This document shows positions 16,332 to 33,232 of a stretch of 64,000 bases of DNA, one piece after another. Numbering within the stretch: the first letter of the stretch is position 1; each line of letters starts with the position of its first letter. The notes beneath the pieces were generated by a model. That model was not told where the DNA came from, ran no database searches, and saw nothing but the letters and a program-made list of their open reading frames with translations. The DNA is from Gemmatimonadales bacterium (lineage in GTDB: Bacteria; Gemmatimonadota; Gemmatimonadetes; Gemmatimonadales; GWC2-71-9): assembly GCA_035693225.1 (NCBI GenBank), contig DASSGV010000073.1:24692-88691 (forward strand), read 5' to 3'. The position numbers were made by a program, and so were the translations under genes.

Positions 16332-17020
16332 GCCGGTGCCAGAAGGCCCTCCCCGGAGAAGCTGAAGAAGCGGTCTCCCGCCACGATGACGTGGTCGTAC
16401 ACCGGCAGGTCGAGCAGGCGCCCCGCCTCCACCAATTGTCGGGTGACGGCCTTGTCCTCGGCGGACGGGGTCGGATCGCCGCTGGGGTGGTTGTGCACCA
16501 CGATGATCCCGGCGGCGGCCTCGGCGATGGCGGCACGGAACACCTCGCGCGGGTGCACCAGCGAGGAATTGAGCAGCCCACGCGTCACCAGCACGTCACG
16601 GATCACCTGGCTCTGGCTGTCGAGCGCCAGGAGGTGGAACTCCTCGACGCTCAGGTCGCGCAGGCGTGGACCGAGGAGACGCGCGACGTCGGCGGGATCG
16701 CGGATCCGGTGGCCCGGTTGGTGCGATTCCGCCGCCAGACGGGCGCCGATCTCGAACGCCGCCACCAGGCGCCCCGCCTTGGCACGCCCGACGCCGACGC
16801 TCTGCAGGAGTTCGGCCGAGGGACGGGCGGCCAGCCGGCGCCACGAGCCACCGGCTGCGTCGAGGAGCCCCTGGGCGATGGTCGTCGCGGGGCGCCCCTG
16901 GCTGCCGGTCTCGAGGAGGATGGCGAGGAGCTCTCCGCCGGTGAGCGCGCCGGGTCCGAGCGCCCAGAGACGTTCACGCGGCCGATCGGCCGACGGGTGC
17001 ATCGGCACCGGGAGTGTCAT
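16328..17020 (-). CDS. radC: RadC-family JAB-domain protein
   Basis: 230 aa with helix-hairpin-helix motifs (GVGRAKAGRL) and the JAMM motif VVHNHPSGDPTPSAED. Confidence 0.9.
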   Translation of the reverse strand: MTLPVPMHPSADRPRERLWALGPGALTGGELLAILLETGSQGRPATTIAQGLLDAAGGSWRRLAARPSAELLQSVGVGRAKAGRLVAAFEIGARLAAESHQPGHRIRDPADVARLLGPRLRDLSVEEFHLLALDSQSQVIRDVLVTRGLLNSSLVHPREVFRAAIAEAAAGIIVVHNHPSGDPTPSAEDKAVTRQLVEAGRLLDLPVYDHVIVAGDRFFSFSGEGLLAPA

Positions 17021-17031
17021 CCGGCAAAGCT

Positions 17032-17055
17032 AAGGGCGACCTGGCGGTCGCCCTT
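17032..17055 (-). terminator. Intrinsic terminator after secA
   Basis: AAGGGCGACC-TGGC-GGTCGCCCTT gives a 10-bp stem and 4-nt loop. It lies 38 nt past the secA stop, and the minus strand continues AGCTTTGCC. Confidence 0.5.
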
Positions 17056-17092
17056 CATCCATCGTGGAACCGGATGGTGCTTTTGGACGCGA

Positions 17093-20229
<3,137 letters not shown>

Positions 20230-20233
<4 letters not shown>

Positions 20234-20817
20234 GTCTCTTCCGTGCGATACAGCCCGCGCGCGGCGATGTGGCCGGCCACGGCATCGGGCACCCAGTAAC
20301 GAATAGGACGTCCGGCGGCGACCCGGCGCCGGACCTCAGTGGCTGACACCTCGATGGCGGGGATCGGCACCCGCGTGGCACCATCCGGCCACCCCGACTC
20401 CTCCGCACCCGGCCGGACCAACACCGCCACCTCGGCCAGGGTCGGGATCACCGACGCCTCACGCCAGCCGGCAAAGTCCCGCGCCGCATCGGCGCCGAGG
20501 AGAAGAATAAACGCCCGCGACGGTTCTTGCGCGGTCAGCTGCCGCAGCGTGTCGACGGTGTAGGAGGGGCCCGGACGATCAAGCTCCAGCGTATCGACCC
20601 GGAACCCGGGCTCTCCCGCGGTCGCCAGCCTGAGCATCTCGACGCGATCGGCCGCCGACGCCTGGTGCCGGCCCTGCTTGAAGGGCTGCTCCCGCGCCGG
20701 GATGAACCGCACCTCCGCCAATCCGAGCCGCTCCAGCGCGGCGCGGGCCACGATCAGGTGGCCGTGGTGGACCGGATCGAACGACCCACCGAAGAGCCCG
20801 ACGGGCCGCTCAACCAT
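20230..20817 (-). CDS. nadD: Nicotinate-nucleotide adenylyltransferase
   Basis: 195 aa with GLFGGSFDPVHHGHL and a C-terminal ISATEVR motif. Confidence 0.9.
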
Positions 20818-21622
20818 GGGCCCCCGGCGCCGCCGGGGTCGGCGGTGCCGACGGCCCCGCGCACGCCTCGGACACGCCGGGCGCGGACGGCGTGGTGCGG
20901 CCGAGGTAGCCGCAGGTGTCGTTCACGTCCTCCTGATACCCCAGGATCCTGTAGATCCCCACCAGCTGCACCAGCGCAGTGGGCGTGATCGGCGCGCGCG
21001 GATAGGTGGCGGCGAGATCCTTGAAGTAGATGATGGCGGAGTCGTACGCCTTGTACTTGACGTAGTACATCGCCGATTCATACTGCTTGAACGCGAGCAG
21101 ATCCTCGATCCCCTTGACCCGACCGAACGACCGGCGTGCCGCGGCGGTGCCGGGATAGCGGGTCTGCAGCTCGTGGTAGGTCTGGATGGCGGTCTGGGCG
21201 TAGGTCGGGTCAAGCTCAGGACGTCGCCACAGTTCGGCGTACGCATCCCCGGCGCGCAACAGCGCCTCCGGCGCGAGCTCATCCCCGGGAAGATCGTCGG
21301 AGACCCGACGGAATTCCCGGACCGCCTGCAGGTGGCTCTTCCCCTCGAGGTAGCACTCGGCCAGTTCGAAACGCGCCCGTGCGATGCGCGGATCACCCGG
21401 CGCGAATTCGAGGTTGAGCCGCTCGAACGCGGCCTGCGCGTCTCCCCACTTCCCGTGCCGGAAGAGCTGGTCGGCCTTCTGCCACAGCGTGTCCACCTGA
21501 CCGGCGGATGCCGATGCGAGCTGCACCGGTGCGGGCTGGGCGGGCCCGCCCCGGGAGTTGACCGCCGGCCCGCAGGCTGCAGTGACGAGCGCGGCGAAGG
21601 CGGCGAGGTGAAGTCGGGTCAT
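20810..21622 (-). CDS. bamD: Outer-membrane protein assembly factor BamD (TPR lipoprotein)
   Basis: Start moved to ATG 21622. It has the lipobox LVTAAC, TPR-like helices and the stretch YYVKYKAYDSAIIYFKDL, which is typical of BamD/YfiO. Confidence 0.8.
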   Translation of the reverse strand: MTRLHLAAFAALVTAACGPAVNSRGGPAQPAPVQLASASAGQVDTLWQKADQLFRHGKWGDAQAAFERLNLEFAPGDPRIARARFELAECYLEGKSHLQAVREFRRVSDDLPGDELAPEALLRAGDAYAELWRRPELDPTYAQTAIQTYHELQTRYPGTAAARRSFGRVKGIEDLLAFKQYESAMYYVKYKAYDSAIIYFKDLAATYPRAPITPTALVQLVGIYRILGYQEDVNDTCGYLGRTTPSAPGVSEACAGPSAPPTPAAPGAHG

Positions 21623-22527
21623 GGTCTCTTTGCAGGGCCCGAGTCGCCGGACTGGCCGGCCAGGGCGTTGAGTTTCACGGAGGCGACCTTGCCGAGCGAG
21701 TCGCCGCTCGCACCGGTGGTGATGACCTGCTGGTAGGCGAGTGCCGCACCGAGGACATCGCCTTCGGCCAGCCGGAGATCGCCAAGGCCGAGTCGGGCGC
21801 GTCGCCCGGCGGTGCCGGTCGAATCGGCCGCGAGGACGGCGAGGAACCATTTTTCCGCGACCCACGGCTGGTTGACCGTGAGCGCCTGCTGGCCGAGCTG
21901 CATCCCGCAGGCGGCGATGCCGGAATCGGCGCGGGCCAGGAGGTCGGCTTCGTGGCTCCGCCGTCGGACCGCCTGGAAGGCCCGCATCGCCTGATCGCAG
22001 GCGGTGGTGGCGGCCAGCGCCTCACCATACGAGGTCAGCACCGAATCGGCGACGCCGACATCGAGCGCCGCCGCGATGGCGTACGGCAGGACCATCTGGG
22101 CCTCCTGGGGGTCGAGACCGCCCATCCGCCAGAGGGCCAGGGCGTGACGACCGGACAGGCGGTCGGGCGCGATGTCCCGCAATGCGCTCAAGGCTGCGCC
22201 GAGCGCCGTGGGATCGCCGGCCCGCTCCGCGGCGGTGGCCACCAGGTCGAGACCGATCGCCGCCTCATCGAGCCGCGACGGATCATCCGCCACGAGGTTC
22301 CGGTAGGCCTCCGCCGCCTCGCGAAGGCTGTGCGCGCGCACGGCGGCGGCGGCCTCCTTCGCATAAATGCGGGCGCCGGGCTGGGCCGCGAGGGCCGCCT
22401 CGTACTCCGCCAGCGCGCCGGCCGCATCCCCCTTTTCGAGGGCCACGTCGCCCAGATGCTCGTGGTCGGCGCCACCGGGCCGGCACCCGATCGACAGCAG
22501 CACCAGCGTCCAGGCCAGCGCCTTCAC
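21619..22527 (-). CDS. TPR-like lipoprotein of unknown function
   Basis: Start placed at GTG 22527, which overlaps the upstream stop (GTGA). It has the lipobox LLSIGC and Ala-rich helical repeats. Confidence 0.6.
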   Translation of the reverse strand: MKALAWTLVLLSIGCRPGGADHEHLGDVALEKGDAAGALAEYEAALAAQPGARIYAKEAAAAVRAHSLREAAEAYRNLVADDPSRLDEAAIGLDLVATAAERAGDPTALGAALSALRDIAPDRLSGRHALALWRMGGLDPQEAQMVLPYAIAAALDVGVADSVLTSYGEALAATTACDQAMRAFQAVRRRSHEADLLARADSGIAACGMQLGQQALTVNQPWVAEKWFLAVLAADSTGTAGRRARLGLGDLRLAEGDVLGAALAYQQVITTGASGDSLGKVASVKLNALAGQSGDSGPAKRP

Positions 22528-23237
22528 TCCACCGCCCGGTCGATCATCGAGAGGTACGCCTCGACCCGCGCATTCTCCGGCTGGCGCTCCAGGCAGGCGC
22601 GCCACACGTCGCGTGCGGCCTGGGCATCGCCGGAGAGATAATGCGCCAGGCCGAGCGAGGCCTGCGCATCGATGAATCCCGGCCGCGCCCGGAGGACCTG
22701 TTCGAGCTCGTCGCGGGCTTCGAGGGGATTGTTGGCCTCGAGCAGGAGCCGCGCCAGCCGATACCGCAGGTCGGCGAAGGTCGGCCCCAGCACGGTGGCG
22801 CGGCGATACTGGTCCACCGCTTCGGCGAGCGCGCCGATCTCGGCGTACGCTTCGCCGAGGGCGGCGTGCTGATTGGCGAGCTTGGCCGCGACATGCGGCG
22901 TGAACCGACCGGGGGCCGCCCCTTCCTGGGCTGCGGCGCGGCGGAAGCAGGCCTCCGCCTCCTCGGTCCGTCCCAGCTGATTGAGGACCAGCCCCCGGTG
23001 GACGATCGCCTCGAGATACCGCGGATTGAGTTCGAGCGCGCGGTCGAACGCGGTGAGCGCCCGGTCCGGCTGTCCCAGGAGCGACAACGACAACCCCAGC
23101 AGGTGATGCGCATCGGCGAACGCCCGGCCGGACTCGATCACCTCGTCGAGCAGATGCACCGCGCCGTAGTAATCCTGGAGCGCGAAACGCTCCCGGGCCT
23201 CGCGCACCAGCCGTTCGGGGTTCGCGTCCGGGGTCAT
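22524..23237 (-). CDS. Tetratricopeptide-repeat protein
   Basis: 237 aa with repeated TPR signatures (A..Y..AL.L.P....A...LG). Confidence 0.75.
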   Translation of the reverse strand: MTPDANPERLVREARERFALQDYYGAVHLLDEVIESGRAFADAHHLLGLSLSLLGQPDRALTAFDRALELNPRYLEAIVHRGLVLNQLGRTEEAEACFRRAAAQEGAAPGRFTPHVAAKLANQHAALGEAYAEIGALAEAVDQYRRATVLGPTFADLRYRLARLLLEANNPLEARDELEQVLRARPGFIDAQASLGLAHYLSGDAQAARDVWRACLERQPENARVEAYLSMIDRAVE

Positions 23238-24166
23238 GTCAGGTGCCCCCGGAAGTAGTCGATCGTCCGCACCAGTCCCTCGTCGAGCGGCACGGCGGGT
23301 TCCCAGCCCAGCACCGCGCGTGCGATCGAGATGTCGGGCTGACGGACCTTGGGATCGTCGGTCGGCAGTGGGCGCTCCACCAGGGCGGACTTGGAGCCGG
23401 TGGCCCGGAGCACCTTCTCGGCCAGTTGACGCACCGTGAACTCGACCGGATTGCCGATGTTGGTCGGCTCGGTGCGGTCGCTCAGGAAGAGCCGGTAGAT
23501 CCCGTCGACCAGGTCCGACACGTAGCAGAACGACCGGCTCTGCTGCCCCGCCCCGTAGACCGTGAGCGGCTCGCCCTTCAGGGCCTGGACGATGAAGTTG
23601 GAGACCACCCGGCCGTCCCGCGCGCGCATCCGGGGGCCGTAGGTGTTGAAGATCCGCACGATCCGGGTGTCCACCCCATGGTAGCGGTGGTACGCCATCG
23701 TGAGCGCCTCGGCGAAGCGCTTGGCCTCGTCATAGACGCCGCGGGGACCCACCGGGTTCACATGCCCCCAGTAGCTCTCGGGCTGGGGATGGACCTGCGG
23801 GTCGCCGTAGACCTCGGAGGTCGAGGCGAGGAAGAACCGGGCCCCCTTCGCCTTGGCGAGCCCCAGCGCCTTGTGGGTCCCCAGCGAGCCGACCTTGAGG
23901 GTCTGGATCGGCAGCTCCAGGTAATCGACGGGACTCGCCGGCGAGGCAAAGTGGAGCACGCCACCGAGCGCGCCCTCGACGTAGATGAATTCGGTCACGT
24001 CGTGGCGGATGAACTTGAACCGCTCGTGCCCCGCCAGGTGCGCCAGGTTGTCGGGCGAGCCGGTCACGAAGTTGTCCATCCCGATCACCTCATGGCCCTC
24101 GGCCAGGAAGCGGTCGGTCAGGTGCGAGCCGAGGAACCCGGCGGCGCCGGTGATGAGCACCCTCAC
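23234..24166 (-). CDS. UDP-glucuronate decarboxylase (UXS-type SDR)
   Basis: Start placed at GTG 24166 (GTGA overlap with the ugd stop). Motifs are [21 protein letters not shown] and YDEAKR. Confidence 0.85.
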   Translation of the reverse strand: MRVLITGAAGFLGSHLTDRFLAEGHEVIGMDNFVTGSPDNLAHLAGHERFKFIRHDVTEFIYVEGALGGVLHFASPASPVDYLELPIQTLKVGSLGTHKALGLAKAKGARFFLASTSEVYGDPQVHPQPESYWGHVNPVGPRGVYDEAKRFAEALTMAYHRYHGVDTRIVRIFNTYGPRMRARDGRVVSNFIVQALKGEPLTVYGAGQQSRSFCYVSDLVDGIYRLFLSDRTEPTNIGNPVEFTVRQLAEKVLRATGSKSALVERPLPTDDPKVRQPDISIARAVLGWEPAVPLDEGLVRTIDYFRGHLT

Positions 24167-25470
24167 GCGCGCCTCCGCCCGATACCGTGGTACTCGAACC
24201 CGAGGGCGGCCATCCGCGCCGGGTCGAAGAGGTTGCGCCCGTCGACCATCAACGCCCGGCGCATCACGCCCTTCAGCCGATCGAAGTCGGGCGTGCGATA
24301 CACCAGCCACTCGGTCACCACGCACACCGCATCGGCGCCGTGCGCCGCCGCGTACGGATCCGGCGCGTATGCGATCCGATCGCCGAAGATGGCGTGGGCG
24401 CTCTCGTGGGCCTTGGGATCGTGGGCCTGCACTTTGGCACCGGCCCGCAGCAGCCCCTCGACGAGCGGAATGGCCGGGCTCTCCCGCATATCGTCGGTCT
24501 CGGCCTTGAAGGCCAGGCCCCAGACCCCGACCGTCTTGCCCGTGAGCGTACCGAGCGCCGCTTCGGTCTTGGCCAGCAAGCGGAGTTTCTGCCGGGCGTT
24601 GACCGCCTCGACCGCTTCGAGCAGGTCGAAGCGCGCGCCATGTTCCGCGCCGGAGCGGATGAGCGCCTGGACATCCTTCGGGAAGCAGGAGCCGCCGTAG
24701 CCCGGGCCCGGATAGAGGAACGCCGACCCGATCCGGCGATCCGACCCGATCCCCTTGCGCACCAGGTCCACATCCGCGCCGACCTGTTCGCAGAACTCCG
24801 CCACCTGGTTCATGAACGAGATCCGGGTGGCGAGCATGGAATTGGCGGCGTACTTGGTGACCTCGGCCGACGCGATGTCCATGAAGAGGATCGGGTTCCC
24901 CGAGCGCACGAACGGCGCGTACAGCTCGGCCAGCACCCCACGCGCGCCGTCGTCGTCCACGCCGATCACCACGCGGTCGGGCCGCATGAAATCGTCGATG
25001 GCCGCCCCTTCCTTCAGGAACTCGGGATTGGAACAGACCGCGAACGGGGTCGTCGTCTCCGCGGCCAACGCCGCGCGCACCTTGGCGGCGGTCCCGACCG
25101 GCACCGTCGACTTGGTCACGACGACCTTGGGTGCGTTCATGTGCTGGCCGATGGTCTTGGCCACCGCGAGCACATACTTGAGGTCGGCGGAGCCATCCTC
25201 CCCCGGCGGCGTGCCGACCGCGATGAACACGACCCGGGCCCCCTCCACGGCGCTCCCCACGTCGGTGGAGAAGCGGAGCCGGCCCTCGGCCTGATTCCGC
25301 CGCACCAGCTCCTCGAGGCCCGGCTCATAGATGGGGATGTCGTTGGCCTGGAGCCGCGTGATCTTGGCGCGGTCGATGTCGGCGCAGACCACATCGTTTC
25401 CGGTCTCGGCAAAGCACGCCCCCGCCACCAGCCCGACATACCCGCTGCCGATGACGGCGATGTGGGTCAC
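24163..25470 (-). CDS. ugd: UDP-glucose 6-dehydrogenase
   Basis: 435 aa with [19 protein letters not shown] and GGSCFPKD (catalytic Cys). Confidence 0.9.
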   Translation of the reverse strand: MTHIAVIGSGYVGLVAGACFAETGNDVVCADIDRAKITRLQANDIPIYEPGLEELVRRNQAEGRLRFSTDVGSAVEGARVVFIAVGTPPGEDGSADLKYVLAVAKTIGQHMNAPKVVVTKSTVPVGTAAKVRAALAAETTTPFAVCSNPEFLKEGAAIDDFMRPDRVVIGVDDDGARGVLAELYAPFVRSGNPILFMDIASAEVTKYAANSMLATRISFMNQVAEFCEQVGADVDLVRKGIGSDRRIGSAFLYPGPGYGGSCFPKDVQALIRSGAEHGARFDLLEAVEAVNARQKLRLLAKTEAALGTLTGKTVGVWGLAFKAETDDMRESPAIPLVEGLLRAGAKVQAHDPKAHESAHAIFGDRIAYAPDPYAAAHGADAVCVVTEWLVYRTPDFDRLKGVMRRALMVDGRNLFDPARMAALGFEYHGIGRRRA

Positions 25471-26585
25471 GCGTAGAACCCGCGGATGCCGGCCACCACC
25501 TGGTCCTGCTGCGCCTCGGTGAGCTCCGGATAGATCGGCAGCGAAATGACCTCGGCCGTGGCGACCTCGGTCACCGGCAGGCTCCCGGACTTGTAGCCCA
25601 GGTGCGCAAAACAGGGCTGCTGATGCAGGGCCAGAGGATAGTAGACCTTGTGGCCGATCCCCTGCTTCTTCAGGTGCTCGGCCAGCGCGTCACGCCGCTG
25701 GGCGCGGATGGTGTACTGGTGGAAGGTGTGCTCATTGTCGGGGTCGGTCGGCGGGGTCACCACGCTCGCGAGGCCGGCGAGGAGCTCGGCATATCGCGCC
25801 GCGATCCGGCGCCGGGCCTGGTTCCACCCCGCGAGGAACGGCAGCTTGGCGAGGAGCACCGCCGCCTGCATCGTGTCGAGGCGGCTGTTGAGCCCGACCT
25901 CGTCGTGGAAATACTCCCGGGTGCCGCCGTGCATCCGCTGCGACCGGAGCCGGGCCGCCATCGCGTCGTCCTGGGTCACCATCATCCCGCCGTCCCCCCA
26001 GCCACCCAGGTTCTTCGTCGGGAAGAAGGAGAGGGTGCCGACCGCGCCGAGTTCGCCGGCGGCACGCCACGCGCCGTCGACCTTCCGCCGGGCGCCGATG
26101 GCCTGGGCGCCGTCCTCGACCAGCGTGATGCCGTGCTTCCGGGCGAGCGGCACGATCCGCTCCATCGCCGCCATCTGGCCGTACAGGTGCACCAGCACGA
26201 TGGCGCGAGTGCGCGGCGTGATCGCACGCTCGATGGCCGCTGGATCGATGTTGAAGTTTCCGGCCTCGATGTCGGCGAACACCGGCGTGCCGCCGGCGTT
26301 GGCGATCGCCCCGGCGGTGGCAAAGAACGTGAATGCCGGCGCGATGACCTCGTCACCCGGCCGCAGCGCGAGCGCGCGCAGCGGGATGAGGATCGCGTCG
26401 GTGCCGCTCGCGCACGCCACCCCGTGCTTGGCGTGGCAGACCTTGGCCACCTCGGCCTCGAGCTGCCCGACCTCCGCGCCCATGATGAATGCCTGCCGTT
26501 CGATCACCGATTGAAGCGCCGGGAGCACCTGCTCCTGGATGGCGCGATACTGCGCCACAAGGTCAAGCAGAGGAACGTTCGCCAC
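25467..26585 (-). CDS. DegT/DnrJ/EryC1/StrS-family sugar aminotransferase (WbpE/WlbC-like)
   Basis: 372 aa. The N-terminus reads VPLLDLVAQYRAIQEQV and there is a PLP-lysine region (LSFFPTKNLGGWGDGG). Confidence 0.9.
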   Translation of the reverse strand: MANVPLLDLVAQYRAIQEQVLPALQSVIERQAFIMGAEVGQLEAEVAKVCHAKHGVACASGTDAILIPLRALALRPGDEVIAPAFTFFATAGAIANAGGTPVFADIEAGNFNIDPAAIERAITPRTRAIVLVHLYGQMAAMERIVPLARKHGITLVEDGAQAIGARRKVDGAWRAAGELGAVGTLSFFPTKNLGGWGDGGMMVTQDDAMAARLRSQRMHGGTREYFHDEVGLNSRLDTMQAAVLLAKLPFLAGWNQARRRIAARYAELLAGLASVVTPPTDPDNEHTFHQYTIRAQRRDALAEHLKKQGIGHKVYYPLALHQQPCFAHLGYKSGSLPVTEVATAEVISLPIYPELTEAQQDQVVAGIRGFYA

Positions 26586-26683
26586 GATGGACCCCTCACC
26601 GAAGTTCTACGCGCCCGCAGTCCCATCGGCCAATGCCGGCGAGCCCGGGCGCGCGGTAGCGCAAGCCGCTACTGGGCCTGAAT

Positions 26684-27274
26684 TTAGCCGCGGTCTCCGG
26701 GTGGTGCAATCTGGGCCAGCGCGCCCGACGCCTCGGCATACCGGGCTCCGCAGCTGGCACACGCCGCCCGCCCCTCGGCGAGGGTCAGCCGCTCGCCGCA
26801 TTGGCACATCCACCCCACCCGCCGAGCCGGTACCCCCACCATCAACGCATACGCCGGCACGTCCCGGTGGATCACCGCCCCGGCACCGATGAAGCTGTAC
26901 TCGCCCAGGGTCACGCCGCAGATGATCGTGGCGTTGGCGCCGATCGAGGTCCCGCGCTTGACCAGCGTCGTGCGATACTCATGCTTGCGCGACACGTGGC
27001 TGCGCGGGTTCATCACGTTGGTGAAGACACAGCTCGGCCCGCAGAAGGTGTCATCTTCCAGGATCACGCCCTCATAGATCGACACGTTGTTCTGTACCTT
27101 GACGTTGTTGCCGAGCCGGGTGCCGGGCATCACCACGACGTTCTGCCCCAGGCTGCACCGCTCGCCGATCACCGCCCCCGCCATCACGTGGCAGAAATGC
27201 CAGATCTTGCTCCCCTTGCCGACGACGGCACCGTCGTCAACGTAGCTGCTTTCGTGCACGAAGAAGTCGGTCAT
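26684..27274 (-). CDS. Left-handed beta-helix sugar N-acetyltransferase (WbpD/WlbB-like) with a C-terminal Cys4 tail
   Basis: Start moved to ATG 27274. Sequence: [30 protein letters not shown]...[30 protein letters not shown]. The tail reads CQCGERL...CASCG. Confidence 0.85.
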   Translation of the reverse strand: MTDFFVHESSYVDDGAVVGKGSKIWHFCHVMAGAVIGERCSLGQNVVVMPGTRLGNNVKVQNNVSIYEGVILEDDTFCGPSCVFTNVMNPRSHVSRKHEYRTTLVKRGTSIGANATIICGVTLGEYSFIGAGAVIHRDVPAYALMVGVPARRVGWMCQCGERLTLAEGRAACASCGARYAEASGALAQIAPPGDRG

Positions 27275-27285
27275 GGAAGGTCCGC

Positions 27286-27313
27286 GTGAACGGTGAACGG
27301 TGCACGGTGCACG
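27286..27313. repeat. Tandem heptamers (GTGAACG)x2 (GTGCACG)x2
   Basis: The phasing is perfect. The array lies 12 nt upstream (gene sense) of the acetyltransferase ATG, in the carB-wbpD-like spacer. Confidence 0.85.
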
Positions 27314-27368
27314 GTCGCCCCGGAGTCCGGGCTCCGGGCGATCGATCGCACTCCGCCCGCGATCGGCC

Positions 27369-30300
27369 TCACGATTCCGCGCCGTCCCGGGCCATCTGGT
27401 GCCATTCCTGCAGCGACCGGACGGTCCCGGCCCGGCTCCGGAGCGCGATGATGGCATCGCACGCGGCCGAGGCCGCCGAGAGCGTCGTGGTGTATGAGAC
27501 CCGCTGCTGCAGCGCCGCCTGGCGGATGGCGTAGTCGTCCTGCTGGGTGAGCTTGCCGAGCGGCGTGTTGATGAGCAGCTGGATCTCGCCCGAGCGCAGG
27601 AGGTCGATCGCGTTGGGCCGGCCCTCGTGCACCTTGAGCACCCGGTCGGCGGGAACGCCGCGGTGGCGCAGGTAGCGCGCGGTGCCTTCGGTCGCGAGCA
27701 CCCGGAAGCCGAGTTCGTGGAAGCGCCGGGCGATCGGCGTCGCAGTGGCCTTGTCGTGGTCGTTCACGGTGATGAACACCGTGCCCTGGAGCGGGAGCGC
27801 CCCGTCCGCGGAGATCTGCGCCTTGGCGAACGCCATCCCGAACGACTCCGCGATCCCCATCACCTCGCCGGTGGAGCGCATCTCCGGCCCCAGGATCAGG
27901 TCCACGCCGTGGAGCTTGTTGAACGGGAACACCGCCTCCTTCACGGCCACGTACGGCTGGAGCACGTCGTCCTTGAGCCCCAGCACGTCGAGCGTCTTCC
28001 CGGCCATCACCGCGGCCGCCAGGGCCGCGAACGGCACCCCGCAGGTCTTCGACACGAACGGGACCGTGCGGGATGCGCGCGGGTTGACCTCCAGCACGTA
28101 CACCACGCCGTCCTTGACGGCATACTGGACGTTGAGGAGCCCCACGACCCCGAGCCGGAGCGCGAACGCCCGGGTGTGGCGCCGCATCTCGTCGACCTGC
28201 TCCTCCGTGAGCAGATACGGCGGGAGGACGCAGGCGGAGTCGCCGGAGTGGACGCCGGCGTCCTCGATGTGCTGCATCACCCCGCCGATGACGCAGCGGG
28301 TGCCATCGGAGATCGCATCGACGTCGGCCTCGAAGGCATCCTCCAGGAAGCGGTCGATCAGCACCGGATGGCCCGGCGCCACCAGCGCGGCGATCGCGAA
28401 GAACCGGCGCAGCGATTCGGCGTCGTACACGATCTCCATCGCGCGCCCGCCGAGCACGTACGAGGGGCGGACCAGGACCGGATACCCGACCCGCGCCGCC
28501 ACCGCCACGGCATCCTCCACCGAGCGCGCCGTCCCCGAGGGGGGCTGCGCCACACCGAGCTCCCGGGCCAGCGCTTCGAAGCGACCGCGATCCTCGGCCG
28601 CATCGATCGCATCGGGTGAGGTCCCCAGGATCGTGACGCCGGCCGCCTCCAGTCCGCGCGCCAGCCTGAGCGGCGTCTGGCCGCCGAGCTGCACCACCAC
28701 GCCGACGGGGCGCTCCCGATGCACGATCTCGAGAACGTCCTCGAGCGTGAGCGGCTCGAAGTAGAGAGTGTCGGAGATGTCGAAGTCGGTGGAGACCGTC
28801 TCGGGGTTGGAATTGACCATCACGGTCCGGAAGCCGAGCTCGCGGAACGCCAGGGTCGCGCGGACGCAGCAGTAGTCGAATTCGACCCCCTGCCCGATCC
28901 GGTTGGGTCCGCTCCCCAAGATGATGACCGTCCGGGCCTCGGCGGGGGGATCGAACTCGTTCTCCACGTCGTACGACGAATAGAGGTACGGGGTGGCGCT
29001 CGGGAATTCCCCGGCGCAGGTGTCCACCGTCTTGTACACCGGCCGCACCCCAAGCCGCTGCCGTTCGGCACGGAGATCGTGCTCCGGAATGCCCCGCAGG
29101 TCGGCCAGCTGGCGGTCGGCAAAACCGAGGCGCTTCATGGTGCGGAGACGCACCCGCGCGACGTCGTCGCCCGCGGGCGCGGCGGTGACCCAGCCGCGCT
29201 CGGCCTCCACCAGGTCCTCAAGCTGATGCAGGAACCAGGGGTCGATGCCGCTCAGCTCGGCGATCTCGGCGACGCCGATCCCGAGCTCGAGCGCGCGCTT
29301 CAGCTGGAAGATCCGCTCCGGCGTCGGGGTGTGGATGGCCGCGCGGACCGTCTCCCGCGCGGCGTCCGGCAGTCGGTCGTCGGCCGGCGTGGCGCCGATG
29401 GTCCAGCCGGGGCGCCCGATCTCGAGCCCGCGCAGCCCCTTCTGCAGCGCCTCCTTGAAGGTACGCCCGATGGCCATCACCTCACCGACCGACTTCATCT
29501 GGGTGGTGAGGCGCGGGTCGGCGGCCGGGAACTTCTCGAAGGCGAAGCGCGGGATCTTGACCACCACGTAGTCGAGCACCGGCTCGAACGAGGCGGGGGT
29601 GGTCCGGGTGATGTCATTGGGGAGCTCGTCGAGCCGGTACCCGACCGCGAGCTTGGTCCCGATCCGCGCGATCGGGAACCCGGTGGCCTTCGACGCCAGC
29701 GCCGAGGAACGCGACACGCGCGGGTTCATCTCGATCACCAGCTGCTCGCCGGTGTGCGGATCGACCGCGAACTGGATGTTGCAGCCGCCGGCCGCCACCC
29801 CGACCTCACGGATGATGGCGATGGCGGCGTCCCGCATCCGCTGGTATTCGACGTCGGTGAGCGTCATGGCGGGCGCCACCGTGATCGAGTCGCCGGTGTG
29901 GACCCCCATCGCGTCGATGTTCTCGATGGAGCAGACGATCACCACGTTGTCCGCGGCGTCGCGCATCACCTCGAGTTCGAACTCCTTCCACCCGATGATG
30001 CTGCGCTCCATCAGCACCGAATGCACCGGCGAGAGGTCGAGCCCCCGGCGGATCAGCGTCTCCAGTTCATCCCGGTTGTACGCAATGCCGCCGCCGGTGC
30101 CGCCGAGGGTGAACGACGGCCGGATGATGGCGGGATACGCGGTCTGCTGGACCAGCTCGAGCGCCTCCTCGAGGCTGGTGACGGTCTTCCCCTGGGGCGT
30201 GGCGAGACCCAGCCGCCGCATCGCCTGGGAGAACTGCGAGCGATCCTCCGCCAGCTTGATGGCCCGGGCATCGGCACCGATCAGCTCGACCCCGAACTTC

Positions 30301-30609
30301 GCGAGCGTCCCGTCCTCGTGCAGCTGCATCGCGACGTTGAGCGCCGTCTGGCCACCCATCGTCGGCAGCAGGGCGTCGGGGCGCTCCCGCTCGATCACCT
30401 TGCCCACCCACTCGGCCGTCACCGGCTCGATGTAGGTCCGGTCGGCGATCTCGGGATCGGTCATGATGGTGGCCGGATTCGAATTGACCAGCACCACCCG
30501 GTACCCCTCTTCCTTGAGCGCGCGCGCCGCCTGGGTGCCGGAATAGTCGAATTCGGCGCCTTGCCCGATGACGATGGGGCCGGAGCCGACGAGGAGGATG
30601 GTCTTGAGG

Positions 30610-30626
<17 letters not shown>
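27369..30626 (-). CDS. carB: Carbamoyl-phosphate synthase large subunit
   Basis: Start moved to ATG 30626 ([33 protein letters not shown]). It has duplicated ATP-grasp halves and an MGS-like C-terminus. Confidence 0.97.
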
Positions 30627-32570
<1,944 letters not shown>

Positions 32571-32603
32571 TCATCAGTCAGTCACCAGATGAGGAATCCC
32601 ACG

Positions 32604-32795
32604 ATGGCGCGGGTGTGCTCAGTGTGCGGCAAGGGGCCGACGACCGGTAACAATGTCAGCCACGCCAAGAACCGGACCAAGCGGCGCTGGTATCCGAACC
32701 TCCAGACGGTGCGGGTGGCGCTGGAGGGCGGCGTGCGCCGGGTCCAGGTCTGCACCCAGTGCCTGAAGAGCAACAAGGTCAAGAAGGCCGTCTGA
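32604..32795 (+). CDS. rpmB: 50S ribosomal protein L28
   Basis: Start moved to ATG 32604 ([29 protein letters not shown]), which is preceded by GAGGA. Confidence 0.9.
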   Translation: MARVCSVCGKGPTTGNNVSHAKNRTKRRWYPNLQTVRVALEGGVRRVQVCTQCLKSNKVKKAV

Positions 32796-32824
32796 CGTCC
32801 TGACGGCCGGCCGGCTCAAAAAAA

Positions 32825-32842
32825 GGGGACCCGCAGGTCCCC
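32825..32842. terminator. Bidirectional intrinsic terminator between the convergent rpmB and rplQ genes
   Basis: The sequence AAAAAAA-GGGGACC-CGCA-GGTCCCC-TTCTTTC has a 7-bp GC stem flanked by an A-run and a T-run. Confidence 0.6.
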
Positions 32843-32875
32843 TTCTTTCATTTCCGGTGACCGAGGGCAAGGCGC

Positions 32876-33232
32876 TCAGCCCTCGACCAGCTCGATGCGG
32901 GCCGTGTCGGCGCCGTCGCCCTTGCGGTGCCCCAGCTTGAGGATCCGGGTATAGCCGCCGGGCCGGGCCGCGAACTTGGGGCCGATCTCCGCGAACAGCC
33001 GCTGCAGCACCGCCGGATCCTTGAGCTTGCGGGCCACCTGCCGCCGCGCGTGCAGGTCGCCGCGCCGCGCCAGCGTGATGAGCCGCTCCGCGAAGGGCCG
33101 CAGCTCCTTGGCCTTCGCCTCGGTGGTCTCGATCCGCCCGTGCTCGAAGAGCGACGTCGCCATGTTGTTGAGCAACGCCCGCTTGTGGGTGCTGGTGCGG
33201 GAGAGCTGGCGACCCTTCGCGTTATGCCGCAT
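32876..33232 (-). CDS. rplQ: 50S ribosomal protein L17
   Basis: 118 aa beginning [25 protein letters not shown]. Confidence 0.95.
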   Translation of the reverse strand: MRHNAKGRQLSRTSTHKRALLNNMATSLFEHGRIETTEAKAKELRPFAERLITLARRGDLHARRQVARKLKDPAVLQRLFAEIGPKFAARPGGYTRILKLGHRKGDGADTARIELVEG

